Assembly (NCBI GenBank): GCA_029564175.1
Contig: JAKQQL010000236.1
Location: 1-46,945, forward strand
DNA: 46,945 bases
Source of the DNA: Candidatus Cloacimonadota bacterium
GTDB lineage: Bacteria > Cloacimonadota > Cloacimonadia > Cloacimonadales > WRIO01
Direction: 5' to 3'
Numbering within the stretch: position 1 is the first letter of the stretch; every line of letters starts with the position of its first letter. A program made the translations under genes and the position numbers. The notes below the pieces were generated by a model that was given only the letters and a program-made list of their open reading frames with translations, had not been told where the DNA came from and searched no databases. Of the stretch, positions 17,457 through 27,622 are shown in pieces.

Positions 17457-19049
17457 TTGATACAAGTGAAAAACTTGACAGGTCGTAAAATCAACTTGTT
17501 CCAATATCAGCAAAGAGCTATTAATCAATGCAAAGGCAATGAGATTGTTTTGGCTACTGGCCCTGTTGGGTCTGGTAAAACAATTATTGCTTATGCATTT
17601 AGTGGTATATTAGATAACAATATTGAAAGAAGGGTTATCTTTACTGCTCCAATTAAAGCTCTTTCCAACGAGAGATATCTTGAATTGAAAGAACAAGGTT
17701 TTGATGTTGGTATTGAAACAGGTGATATTAAAAAAGATATTAATTCAAAAATCCTTTGTATGACACAAGAAATATTTAGCAATAAATATACAAATCAGTC
17801 AAATTTGGTTGTAGTTATGGATGAGATTCACTATATTTTTAATAATCATGACAGAGCTAGAAGTTATGTTGAATCATTGAAACATTTAAATCCTACAAAC
17901 AAATTAATCATGATGAGTGCAACAATTTCCAATCTTTATGAATTTGCAGATTATCTTGAATCATTATGCAATAGAAAAGTTCAAATTGTGAAATGGGAAG
18001 AAAGACCCGTTCCATTGAAGTTTTCTTCAAAAGGTATTAAAATGAGAAATGTAGAAGATTCGATTATATTTGCCTTTTCTAGGAAAGATATTGATAAAAT
18101 TGTTGAATCATTAATTCTTGAAAGAGGATTTTTATCTGATAGAATTAACATTAAGGATATTAAGGAAGTTTCACATCATTATAAAGTTGAACCATTAGAA
18201 GAATGGTTTTACGGCATTTCTAGATATCATGGCATGTTGTTGCCAAAAGAAAAACATTGTATTGAACATCTCTACCGTGAAGGACATTTGGACACCATTA
18301 TTGGAACCGATGCTCTATCACTTGGAGTAAATCTTCCAGCCAGAACGACAATATTTGGCCAATTGGAAAAAACTACGGGCACATTAGCTCCTTCTGAATT
18401 TTATCAAATGGCAGGTAGAGCTGGTAGGTATGGTTATCATGATGAAGGATTATGCACATTCTTAAAAAATAGTCCAGTGATTAATTATGATACTGACAAT
18501 TGTTCAGTATTTAAAAAGTTGATGGAATCAGAACTTGAAAAGTCAACTGTTGAAATTGAAACTGATGTTAAAGCTATGTTGAATGGTAGATATTTGGAAG
18601 ATGAAATTCAATGTATGTGTGAATTTAAATTTCCAAGAATAGAATTAAATTCTTCTTTAGTTAATTATTATGAACAAAAGATTAAGAATGATATGAAAAT
18701 TGTAGAGGAATATCAAGAAGATTTACATTGTAGAAAAGGATTACATTATTCAAATGATTGGATGAATCTTTTAAAACAGTGTTATTTGCCAGAATATGAA
18801 ATTGAGTTTAATTGTAAAATAACAGAAAAATGTTTATCGATGATGTGTTCTAATGGTTGTATTGATGCAATTGATTTAAAAGATTTTGCAACAATTGAAT
18901 CATCTTGTCCTGGTGAAGAATTATATGAAATGTTATTGTTAAGAAAATTTTTAATTGATTTAGATCAGTTGGATATTTATAGATTAGATGGATTTGATAA
19001 ATTAATCTGTGATATCAATGAACTGGATCATACTGTTTTGAATATATAG
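17457..19049 (+). CDS. Ski2-like DExH-box helicase
   Basis: GPVGSGKT, PIKALSNE, DEIH, SAT, GVNLPA, QMAGRAGR. Confidence 0.9.
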   Translation: MIQVKNLTGRKINLFQYQQRAINQCKGNEIVLATGPVGSGKTIIAYAFSGILDNNIERRVIFTAPIKALSNERYLELKEQGFDVGIETGDIKKDINSKILCMTQEIFSNKYTNQSNLVVVMDEIHYIFNNHDRARSYVESLKHLNPTNKLIMMSATISNLYEFADYLESLCNRKVQIVKWEERPVPLKFSSKGIKMRNVEDSIIFAFSRKDIDKIVESLILERGFLSDRINIKDIKEVSHHYKVEPLEEWFYGISRYHGMLLPKEKHCIEHLYREGHLDTIIGTDALSLGVNLPARTTIFGQLEKTTGTLAPSEFYQMAGRAGRYGYHDEGLCTFLKNSPVINYDTDNCSVFKKLMESELEKSTVEIETDVKAMLNGRYLEDEIQCMCEFKFPRIELNSSLVNYYEQKIKNDMKIVEEYQEDLHCRKGLHYSNDWMNLLKQCYLPEYEIEFNCKITEKCLSMMCSNGCIDAIDLKDFATIESSCPGEELYEMLLLRKFLIDLDQLDIYRLDGFDKLICDINELDHTVLNI

Positions 19050-19065
19050 AAGGGAATATAAATAA

Positions 19066-19455
19066 ATGAAAAAGGTAAAAAAGAATGATAAGAATGATAA
19101 GAGGATAGACTTTCAGAAAGAGAAAGTTAATGAATTTTTTAAAAATGAATTTCAGAGAGCATTAAATCAAATATCAAAAATGCCTGAATCATTTCCTGTT
19201 AATGCAACAAGAATACAAAGTGATTATAAATGTTTATGTATTCATACACCAGTTTATCAGATGATGTTTACTGTGCCTCCTTCGGTTGTAAATGATGTTT
19301 TCTTAAAGAGGGTCATTAAGTATACAGGTGAAGAAACACAGGATAAACCTTTTCTATTTTGTAAATTTGGAAAATGTGATATTTGTGGAAAATATTATTA
19401 TTGGGTTGATTATGAATTTGAGGAATTGATTAGACAATATCTTTTTGGGGAATGA
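19066..19455 (+). CDS. hypothetical protein (Cys pairs)
   Basis: 129-aa ORF with CLC and CDICG. Confidence 0.65.
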   Translation: MKKVKKNDKNDKRIDFQKEKVNEFFKNEFQRALNQISKMPESFPVNATRIQSDYKCLCIHTPVYQMMFTVPPSVVNDVFLKRVIKYTGEETQDKPFLFCKFGKCDICGKYYYWVDYEFEELIRQYLFGE

Positions 19456-19461
19456 TAGAAA

Positions 19462-20787
19462 ATGGCAATTGATGAAAAACAATTAAGACAGTCCTTTCAA
19501 AATATATTAGATGATCCCATTGATGGATTAAAAAAATTAAAAGAATCTGTTTTCAATTTTGACAAAAAAATTAATTTTTTAAATAAAATAACAACTTTAT
19601 TTCTGTCGGAAGGTTCAACAGAAATTCAGAATAAATGGAAAGGTATAATAAATTTTGAAGGTTTTAAAGGACTTGTAGATGATCATGGATTTGAGGACAG
19701 CCGAGTAAATTATTGGCGATCACCATCAACTTTTAAATTTAATGAATCTTCCAAAGTGGCTTCTTTATATTCTGGTGATGCAATTAATAGTAATGAATTC
19801 AAGTCTGATTTAAAAGATGTCAATGCTTATGTTGTAAATTTAATTCTTCATGGATTATCAACGACTGATTTTATATTTCAACTTTTTGGTGAACAAGAAG
19901 CAGAAGATTCTTCAAATAGTATTGAAGGAATGTCGGATCAAGAAATAAAAGATGAATGGAATACAATTAAACCAAAATTAGAAGGTGCTACAAGAATTAA
20001 GATTCGGAAACTAATTGATGATCACTATTCCTATAAAGGTGTTTTGTATAATGAATCAACATTAAAAAGAGCTTGTAGGTTATTGTTTGAAGGATACGAG
20101 AAACGAAATTCTCTGAAATCTGATTCGATCATGATTTTAAAAATTCTTGATGAAGCATGTAGAATTGGAGTAGGTGAATCTGCTCGAGAATTTTTCTTTG
20201 AAAATAATATGTATATGTCAGAAGAAAAAGTATTTGAAGAACTACTTTCTGAAATGAGAAAAGACCCAGATGTAGATGAATATGTTCCAGAAGGTGTTGC
20301 CAAAAGCTGTTATTTTTATCTGAATGAACAAGAAATTGCCAATAATGGATTGAATCGAACAGATGTTCTTTTCCAAATGAATAAATTAGATGCCAATACT
20401 ACTTTTAAAGACATCAAAAAATATCAAGAAGAAAATAATGATGGTATATCTCTTAAAAGAGGTTTTCGAATGAGATATGGTATACCAATTATTTCCTTAG
20501 CTCTTCAATTGTTGGATCGTATTTTAGGTAAGGAAGATGAAAATTCTCCATTACGTGAAGGAATGGGAAAGGATACAATGTTTCACGAACTTATCAAAAA
20601 GAAATATAATATTAGTAGAGCTGAAGCATTAAAAATTAAAAAATTTTTCCCCATGACAAAAGAACGTTGGATGTATATGTTAAGAAAAAAAGGTAAACAA
20701 ATTGGGAAATCAACACTGAATACAATGATTCATAATAGATTTGTAGATGAATTAAAGAAAATGGTTTCCATACCAAAGAGTTTGTAG
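19462..20787 (+). CDS. hypothetical protein
   Basis: 441-aa ORF. Confidence 0.75.
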   Translation: MAIDEKQLRQSFQNILDDPIDGLKKLKESVFNFDKKINFLNKITTLFLSEGSTEIQNKWKGIINFEGFKGLVDDHGFEDSRVNYWRSPSTFKFNESSKVASLYSGDAINSNEFKSDLKDVNAYVVNLILHGLSTTDFIFQLFGEQEAEDSSNSIEGMSDQEIKDEWNTIKPKLEGATRIKIRKLIDDHYSYKGVLYNESTLKRACRLLFEGYEKRNSLKSDSIMILKILDEACRIGVGESAREFFFENNMYMSEEKVFEELLSEMRKDPDVDEYVPEGVAKSCYFYLNEQEIANNGLNRTDVLFQMNKLDANTTFKDIKKYQEENNDGISLKRGFRMRYGIPIISLALQLLDRILGKEDENSPLREGMGKDTMFHELIKKKYNISRAEALKIKKFFPMTKERWMYMLRKKGKQIGKSTLNTMIHNRFVDELKKMVSIPKSL

Positions 20788-20791
20788 GTGA

Positions 20792-21742
20792 ATGATTATG
20801 TCGATATTTAATGAAATGGATAATATTATTTTATCGGAAGATGCCGGGAAACCAATTAAAACAAAACAAATTAAAACTCCAAATGCTTTACAAAAATTAG
20901 TCAACGGTGAATATAGTGAAGCTTTTCAAAAGGCTTTAAATGGCATTTGTATTTATAGAGGGTGTCATGACAAAGACCCTGTTATTGGGCATCAATATGT
21001 TGTAGCCACTCCAGGACTTCGAAAAAGTCAAAATACGACAAATGAATATACAATGTTAATGTCTGATATATTGCCTGCATGGAAAGAATATCCAAAAAGA
21101 ACTAGATCATTTATTTGCACAAATTCTATAGATCGTGTTGATGATTATGTAAGAAATTTAGAAGATGCCTTTTTGATATTGCCTAAAAATGGTGCAAAGA
21201 TTGGTGTTTGTCCCGAAAATGATTTATGGTTCTCGTTTGAAAATGGTGGCATTTTCAAATTAAATCAATTTAATCAAGCTTTGAATAACCTTGGTGATTA
21301 TGTATATTCAAATTTGGGGAAAAATTATGACATGGGAACTCCAAAAGGATTAACAAAAATTCTTCAAAGTGTTTCTTTATTTGATGCAATGAATGAAGCT
21401 AGCATTTATCAATATATGAATAATTTGATTGATAAATGTTTGAATAACTTTTTTAGTAATGATGATCCTTCAGTAATTTCAATGTATCAATGTGTTGAAA
21501 AATGTCTTGATCCAACATTAAATGGTTTTCAATTAATGTCAACAAGTGATATGTCTTGGGAATCATATAACAATGAAGAAGTTTGGACTGATGCAAAATG
21601 TTTATTTATTCAATTAAATGTATTTGCAAATACATTTTTGATGGATAATGAAAGTCATCCAATTTGGAATTTTGTTGATCCAATTTGGAATTTTGTTGAT
21701 AAAATGAATGAAGAAGAAGTGGAGTATAATGAAGATGAATAA
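20792..21742 (+). CDS. hypothetical protein, possible ADP-ribosyltransferase fold
   Basis: IYRG ... SFICT ... EEVW pattern resembling an R-S-E triad. Confidence 0.55.
   Translation: MIMSIFNEMDNIILSEDAGKPIKTKQIKTPNALQKLVNGEYSEAFQKALNGICIYRGCHDKDPVIGHQYVVATPGLRKSQNTTNEYTMLMSDILPAWKEYPKRTRSFICTNSIDRVDDYVRNLEDAFLILPKNGAKIGVCPENDLWFSFENGGIFKLNQFNQALNNLGDYVYSNLGKNYDMGTPKGLTKILQSVSLFDAMNEASIYQYMNNLIDKCLNNFFSNDDPSVISMYQCVEKCLDPTLNGFQLMSTSDMSWESYNNEEVWTDAKCLFIQLNVFANTFLMDNESHPIWNFVDPIWNFVDKMNEEEVEYNEDE
21657..21700 (+). repeat. 21-bp tandem duplication (PIWNFVD twice)
   Basis: ATCCAATTTGGAATTTTGTTG twice. Confidence 0.9.
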
Positions 21743-21847
21743 ATTTTAAAATAGAAGTCTTGATAAAGAACTTCGAACATCTTCAAATCAACAAAGTTAA
21801 AACTACCCAAAAGGGAAAATTGAAAAGAAAAGGGATCGTGATTAAAA

Positions 21848-22426
21848 ATGGCAAAGAATGCGGAACAACAAAATGAACCTATTACGACAGTTAAGTATGT
21901 AAAATATGGAATTGATTTCTTTGAATTTCAGAATGAAAAATGGGGCAAGATTGGTCTCAAAATTAATAATGTTGGAAATCTTCAACTTGTATTGTGTCCA
22001 TCCTTAATGCCTGGTGAAGTTCCAGCAAAAGATCCAAAGACAAAGAAGATTGCCAAGGGCACAAAGGTTTATGACTATACAAAAGAAGTTTTGGCCAATG
22101 TTGAATTCAATGATTGTTTGAATATTATTTCTATGGCAGAACAGTTGAATCCAAATGGAGAAGCAATTACATTGTTTCGAAATAGTGATAAGTTTTCAAA
22201 GACAATCAATATTACTTGGTATGCCCCTGATGGAGAGAATATTTCAACCGCAACATTCTTTGTCAAATTTAAGGAATTTCATAGTGATCGTGGTGAAATC
22301 AGTTTTAAGATTCCCGTATCAGTAGAGACATTTTTGAGAATTGCAACAGCCATTCAATCTTATGTATCTTGTTTGCCAATGATCAAATTGTTTACGAATG
22401 CTGTTTTGAACGTAATTGAGGAATAA
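21848..22426 (+). CDS. hypothetical protein
   Basis: 192-aa ORF. Confidence 0.75.
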   Translation: MAKNAEQQNEPITTVKYVKYGIDFFEFQNEKWGKIGLKINNVGNLQLVLCPSLMPGEVPAKDPKTKKIAKGTKVYDYTKEVLANVEFNDCLNIISMAEQLNPNGEAITLFRNSDKFSKTINITWYAPDGENISTATFFVKFKEFHSDRGEISFKIPVSVETFLRIATAIQSYVSCLPMIKLFTNAVLNVIEE

Positions 22427-22429
22427 AAG

Positions 22430-22466
22430 AAGAGGGGCTTGCCAAAAGGCCCTCTTTTGATATAAT
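22430..22466 (+). promoter_or_regulatory. terminator hairpin fused with promoter TTGCCA-N16-TATAAT
   Basis: AAGAGGG/CCCTCTT stem encloses the -35 box. Confidence 0.65.
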
Positions 22467-22493
22467 GAAAGAAAAGGAAAGTAGGAGGATGAA

Positions 22494-23098
22494 ATGGCAT
22501 ATAATAAGAAAAGTTCTTCTGGTAATTGGACAACTGTTTCAAAGGCTTTGTTAGTAGAAAAAAATAGAGGATTATCAATTCATGTGAGTATTTCTGCTTT
22601 GGATGGTAGTGATAAGAAAATTGCCAATATTAGGGAATTTTATTGAAGTCGAGCGAGAAAACTCCTATCTTTAGATTGGAGATGAAAGCGAGTTCAAAGT
22701 TAATATGGGAGGGGGTGAAAATAACAAATGGATTATTGAAATGATTGAAAAGGATGTTGTAAATCGTTATTTGATATTAAGACTGTCAATCGACAGGGTT
22801 TCAAACACACAAATTTAATTAATATCAAAATATTAATAATTAATTCAGGTTCGTTTAAAGCAACTGGAATTGGTATTTTACCTGACCAGATAAAGGGTAT
22901 TTTGGTATACCCATTGAAAATAAGGGTTTCTACGAAACCAAACTTTTCAAGAATCTCATTCCTTTAGGATGAGAGTATCAAATCAAAGAAGATGAGTGGT
23001 TGCCTACACAAAAAGGATTCACGATTGATCTTGAATTGATTCCTGAATTTTTACAGAATCTTGTTGAATTTTTTGACAAACATATTGAGGATAAATAA
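22494..23098 (+). pseudogene. PC4/YdbC-like ssDNA-binding protein (88 aa) interrupted by a mini-element
   Basis: removing 22644-22981 gives in-frame ...NIREFY|IKEDEWLPTQKGFTI..., a PC4-family signature. Confidence 0.8.
22644..22981 (+). mobile_element. non-autonomous IS200/IS605 mini-element with a captured 38-bp rnl1 fragment, inserted after TTTAT
   Basis: left-end hairpin CTCCTATCTTTAGATTGGAG, right-end hairpin CTCATTCCTTTAGGATGAG, TCAA end. Confidence 0.9.
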
Positions 23099-23100
23099 AG

Positions 23101-23685
23101 ATGAAACAAACATTTACAATTCAATTGGTAGCTTGCATAGGAAAGATGCAAAGTGGAAAGGACACATTAGCAGAGCATTTAATCAATTTTAAAAGATTTG
23201 CTTTTGCTGATAAACTGAAAGAAACGGCTTATATGTTGGGTTGGAATGGGTTGAAAGATGAAAAAGGAAGATGGCTTCTTCAACAATTAGGAACTGAAAT
23301 TGGAAGAACTTATGACAAAAAAGTTTGGATTAATCATTTACTTGATGGCATTCGAACTGACATTATTCAGAATTTGAAAACTCATGAAAAAAGTAAATTA
23401 AATTTTATTATCACTGATTGTCGATATTTGAATGAAGTTGAAGAACTTCGAAAATTCACAAAGTCAGTTAATGATTTTTTTGGATATGAAATTATGAAAA
23501 TGACAACTGTTAAAATCATAAGACCAGAATTGAATCAAGAAGGTAAAGAACATCAACACACTTCTGAAATAGAATTGGATAAAATTCAAGATATTGATTA
23601 TACTCTAGTAAATGATGGAGATTTTCATGATTATATTCAGAAATGTGCTCAATTTGAACGTTGGTTAATTCAAAATTCTGATTAA
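23101..23685 (+). CDS. deoxynucleoside monophosphate kinase
   Basis: GKMQSGKDT, FADKLKE, RWLLQQLGTE, ITDCRYLNE, HTSE. Confidence 0.88.
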   Translation: MKQTFTIQLVACIGKMQSGKDTLAEHLINFKRFAFADKLKETAYMLGWNGLKDEKGRWLLQQLGTEIGRTYDKKVWINHLLDGIRTDIIQNLKTHEKSKLNFIITDCRYLNEVEELRKFTKSVNDFFGYEIMKMTTVKIIRPELNQEGKEHQHTSEIELDKIQDIDYTLVNDGDFHDYIQKCAQFERWLIQNSD

Positions 23686-23700
23686 AGATACAAATTATAG

Positions 23701-23731
23701 TTGGGAAGGGTGAAAGCTCTTCCCAATTTTT
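23701..23731 (+). terminator. intrinsic terminator
   Basis: TTGGGAAGGG/CTCTTCCCAA hairpin plus T-tract. Confidence 0.8.
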
Positions 23732-23788
23732 GTATATTTTCAAATTAAATTAGACATTTTAGTTTAATGAAAAGAGGAATTAAATTCA

Positions 23789-25672
23789 ATGGATAAGATT
23801 AAAAACAAAACTGCACCTGATCAATTGACGTTTCCAAAGGTGATGAAAGATAAAAAATCAAAATCAATGATAACTCCTGTGCCATTGGAAACATTAGTTT
23901 CCGGATTTTTAAAGAATCTTGATAATGTTGAGGGTATTGAATCTGCTTATACACTCGTTAAACAGGACGAAATTGATTCAAAAGAAATGGCTCCTGAATT
24001 GAAGGAATTCTTAAAAGAAGCTAATTCTTATATCGTTCAAAAGATGAATGAAAAAGAACAATCATTATTTAATCAGTGGTCAGAAGAGAAAAAGAAACCG
24101 AAGAATGAAAGAACTATGACAACAGCTCCGAAAAGTGTGGAAAGAAAAGATACTCCATTTACCATCAACGATAATCTGAAAGACCTTAAATTGATTAGAA
24201 ATGAAGATGCTAAAAACTTCTTTATGGAATTTCTTTCTAATAGTGGATTAAAATATGTTTATGGTAATGGTAGATGGGACATTGAAATTGGGCCAAAAAT
24301 CAAATTGAAAGTATCTTTGGGCAATGGAACAAGTAATGAATCTGGAAAACAAGATGCTACTGGAAATGAAGACATACTTAAAAATGATCTAATTCAATAT
24401 TTGATTTATGGTGAAAATGGTGAATTTACATTTGAAAGAGAAAGTGTAATTCATCTAGCTAAATTTCTTGGTATGGTTCCAAATGAGAATCTTTCAGAAG
24501 AGGAAGCTGGAGAGATTGTAAAACCTTTAGGTTCAATGAATCAGGATAGAATTAATGTGAAAGAAGGGGCCATTAGAGAAGATGGAACAATAAATTTCAC
24601 TTCTGACAATGGGAATATTGGCAAAATAGTTGTTGATGTTGCTTATACTCAAGGTGAAGGTGCAAAACAATATCTATCTGTAAAATCTTTTGGTAAGGAA
24701 GGAACATCAGGGGCTAATTTTACACATGTTAGAATGGATGCTTTGAAGATTTATAATGAGAAAACATTTTATTCGGCTGTTCAGGTTATTGATGATATTC
24801 TCATTAATAAAGAAAAACTTGATATGCCAAATCTTGATATCGAGACGTTGGCTAAAATGAATCCTTCTAAAATTGTCAAACTTCATGAACAAATTGGCGT
24901 AGAATATGAATCAGATTATAGTGTTCTTCTAGATGTCAAAGGAAGACCAAAGGATGAACATAAAAAGACTCAAAATGATTTAAAGAAATTAGATCAAGTT
25001 GGAAAGACGGCTTATGATACTTTGATGAAATTGGTTGAAGATTCTCTTTTGAAAAATAAAACTCAAGAATTAAAAACTATTCAAGATTATATTAAATCAT
25101 TTATTGTTTTTGGAAGAGATATTCGTGAACAAGCAATGAAATTATTTACACACTCTTTTTTTAAGAATTTTGGAATTAATCCGGTTCTGTATTTACAAGT
25201 TTTTAGAGATTATGGTAAAGAGGCTCCAATTTCAGGGCCAGGCTCTAAATCAAAGAGAGATTGGATACAACTTTCAAAATTTGATAAAGATGTAAATGAA
25301 GGATTAGATGAACTGAATCAAGCTGAACAATTTGAAGATATCAAAGAATTATCTCATAATTATAATGATATGGTCATTAAAAGATTTATTCAGGATGCCA
25401 TTGGATGGGGATATGTTTTAATTGCTATTGTTGGAAATAGAATATTTTTTAAAGAAATTACAGAAGATTTTTATAGAACAGATAGTAATTTTGAAATAGA
25501 TAGAATTGAAATCAACTATCCTTCTGCAACATCTAAAGCTATTAACATGAGAATATATTCATCACATTATAGACTTGATCTTATGTTTAGATCAACAAAT
25601 GGGTCAATTTATCCGGGTGATATGACGGTATTTTATGTTATGAATAATCTTCAGGAGTATATGTCTCACTAG
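23789..25672 (+). CDS. large hypothetical protein
   Basis: 627-aa ORF. Confidence 0.75.
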   Translation: MDKIKNKTAPDQLTFPKVMKDKKSKSMITPVPLETLVSGFLKNLDNVEGIESAYTLVKQDEIDSKEMAPELKEFLKEANSYIVQKMNEKEQSLFNQWSEEKKKPKNERTMTTAPKSVERKDTPFTINDNLKDLKLIRNEDAKNFFMEFLSNSGLKYVYGNGRWDIEIGPKIKLKVSLGNGTSNESGKQDATGNEDILKNDLIQYLIYGENGEFTFERESVIHLAKFLGMVPNENLSEEEAGEIVKPLGSMNQDRINVKEGAIREDGTINFTSDNGNIGKIVVDVAYTQGEGAKQYLSVKSFGKEGTSGANFTHVRMDALKIYNEKTFYSAVQVIDDILINKEKLDMPNLDIETLAKMNPSKIVKLHEQIGVEYESDYSVLLDVKGRPKDEHKKTQNDLKKLDQVGKTAYDTLMKLVEDSLLKNKTQELKTIQDYIKSFIVFGRDIREQAMKLFTHSFFKNFGINPVLYLQVFRDYGKEAPISGPGSKSKRDWIQLSKFDKDVNEGLDELNQAEQFEDIKELSHNYNDMVIKRFIQDAIGWGYVLIAIVGNRIFFKEITEDFYRTDSNFEIDRIEINYPSATSKAINMRIYSSHYRLDLMFRSTNGSIYPGDMTVFYVMNNLQEYMSH

Positions 25673-25741
25673 AATTTTTTTGTTGCCAAGATATGGGATT
25701 CGTGGTATCATAGGTTTGTTGGAAGGGAGGGGAAAATAAGG

Positions 25742-26449
25742 ATGAAGATTTTTGAAGTCGGTGGTTGTGTTAGGGATTCTTTTCTTGGTGTTCATTCAAA
25801 GGATATTGACTTTTCTGTTGAGGCCCCTAGTTTTAAGGCAATGAGGGAACATTTTCAAAATGAAGGTTTTAGGATTTTTGTGGAGAATGAGGAATTTCTG
25901 ACTATTCGTGCTCGTTTCCCCGAAACTTCTGATACTCCGAATCTTTGTGCTGATTTTGTAATGTGTCGAAAAGATGGTTATTATAGTGATGGTAGACGGC
26001 CTGATGAAGTCATTCCAGGAACTCTTTTTGATGACCTTTCTCGTAGGGATTTCACAATTAATGCCATTGCCAAGGATGTTGAGACTGGCCAGATTATTGA
26101 CCCATTTAATGGTATTCAGGATATTCAGAAGAAAATAATTCGTTGTGTTGGTAATCCAATTGATAGATTCCACGAAGATTCTCTTCGTGTTCTTCGTGCT
26201 CTTCGTTTCAGTATCACAAAGGGTTTTGAAATTCATGAAAGTATTTTTGAAACTTTTGAAATGACTACTCTTCATTCAAAACTGAAAAATGTGAGTTGTG
26301 AAAGAAAAAGAGAAGAACTAACAAAGATGTTTGCTAAAGATACTCTAGCATCTATGGAACTTATCGTAGCTCTTCCTAAAGGTCTGAAAGAAAGTATTTT
26401 TGACAAGAATGATAGACTTTGGATGAAAGCAACACTAGAATCTATCTAA
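25742..26449 (+). CDS. cca: tRNA nucleotidyltransferase (CCA-adding/PolyA polymerase family)
   Basis: VGGCVRD, KDIDF, DLSRRDFTINAIA, RFHEDSLRVLRALRF, ERKREEL. Confidence 0.9.
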   Translation: MKIFEVGGCVRDSFLGVHSKDIDFSVEAPSFKAMREHFQNEGFRIFVENEEFLTIRARFPETSDTPNLCADFVMCRKDGYYSDGRRPDEVIPGTLFDDLSRRDFTINAIAKDVETGQIIDPFNGIQDIQKKIIRCVGNPIDRFHEDSLRVLRALRFSITKGFEIHESIFETFEMTTLHSKLKNVSCERKREELTKMFAKDTLASMELIVALPKGLKESIFDKNDRLWMKATLESI

Positions 26450-26466
26450 TAAAAGGAGTGATGAAA

Positions 26467-26766
26467 ATGATTCATGTCGTTGATCATCTTGACACTGAAA
26501 TGTTTCACTTTGTATCTCAAGCTGTATATGATTCTAAATATGTATCACTCCAAACAATGAATAATATTCTTAAAAAAGAAAAATTCAATCTTCCTGTCTA
26601 TGATGAGAGATTGTTTGAATTTCTTTCGGAAACTCCTGATACAATTGGATATACACAACTTTGCCCAAATGATATTGTTTTTGTTTGTGGTAATAGTTAT
26701 TTTGGCGGATTAAACATTCAACTTCTTCGGATTCAAGGAATTGCAAGACCCGTGTTTTATAATTGA
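26467..26766 (+). CDS. hypothetical protein
   Basis: ORF with AAGGAG RBS. Confidence 0.6.
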   Translation: MIHVVDHLDTEMFHFVSQAVYDSKYVSLQTMNNILKKEKFNLPVYDERLFEFLSETPDTIGYTQLCPNDIVFVCGNSYFGGLNIQLLRIQGIARPVFYN

Positions 26767-26795
26767 ATTAGGCCCATCAAGGGCCTAATTTTTTT
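26766..26795 (+). terminator. intrinsic terminator
   Basis: AATTAGGCCC/GGGCCTAATT hairpin plus T-tract. Confidence 0.8.
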
Positions 26796-26852
26796 ATGTT
26801 GTTGCCAAGATTTGAAGGGTGTGGTATAATAGAATAATGGAGGGTGAGTTGA

Positions 26853-27545
26853 ATGGCATATAATTTAAAATCATTGATTCCTATCATTGTTCAAATAATT
26901 CAATTGAAGGGGTTTGTTTCTGTAGCTGAATCTTTTGATTCTGGAAAAATTTCAACTAAAGAATTGGTGATTAAGGATTTTAATTTGATCAAAAATGGGC
27001 AAAAGCCAATAACAATAAATATTTCAAATTGGCGTAAAAATAAAGAAATAATTCAAAAAGAATCTGAATCAATATTGAAATACCTTGAAGATTATTTTTA
27101 TGAAAATGAAATGACCGAAGATTATTGGAAAACAGTTAAATTCATAGTTCAAAATGAAACTTTTACAGGTCAACAAATTGGATATGTGGTTTCTATTGTG
27201 GCATGGACAATGAAAAAATTTGATTCTGATAGGAAAGAAAAAGTAGAAAATATATCAAAATATCTTGGGAAAGTTAATGAAAGATATGAAACTGATATTA
27301 AGGTTCTTAGGATGGTTTCTAGTCAAGATTGGCATGGAACTGGTCGAGTTTTGGTAATCACAAAAGATTTAGAGGGAAATTGTATCATTTTCAGTGCTCC
27401 AAAATCTATGTTTATTAGTGGAAAAATATATCATATTGAAGGAACAGTTCAAAGCTATAAAACTTTTAGAAAAGAAAAACAGACTATCCTAAACCATGTT
27501 GAAATAAAAATCCCGGACGAAAAAAAGACACGTTCTAAAAAATGA
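26853..27545 (+). CDS. hypothetical protein, paralog of the C-terminal half of 27961..29196
   Basis: aligns end to end, e.g. KGFVS/RGFVS, QIGYVVS/QTGYIVS, EKQTI. Confidence 0.8.
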   Translation: MAYNLKSLIPIIVQIIQLKGFVSVAESFDSGKISTKELVIKDFNLIKNGQKPITINISNWRKNKEIIQKESESILKYLEDYFYENEMTEDYWKTVKFIVQNETFTGQQIGYVVSIVAWTMKKFDSDRKEKVENISKYLGKVNERYETDIKVLRMVSSQDWHGTGRVLVITKDLEGNCIIFSAPKSMFISGKIYHIEGTVQSYKTFRKEKQTILNHVEIKIPDEKKTRSKK

Positions 27546-27622
27546 TTGCCAAGATTTGAAGGGTGTGGTATACTGGTTTTGTTGATGAGGGGAATCCAAA
27601 AATTCGAAAAGGGGTGTTCGAT

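Noticed and set aside
22644..22981. Mini-elements as group I IStrons
   Set aside because: They end in TCAA instead of a terminal G, and I could not find P3/P7 core motifs; RNA-level removal remains only a testable idea
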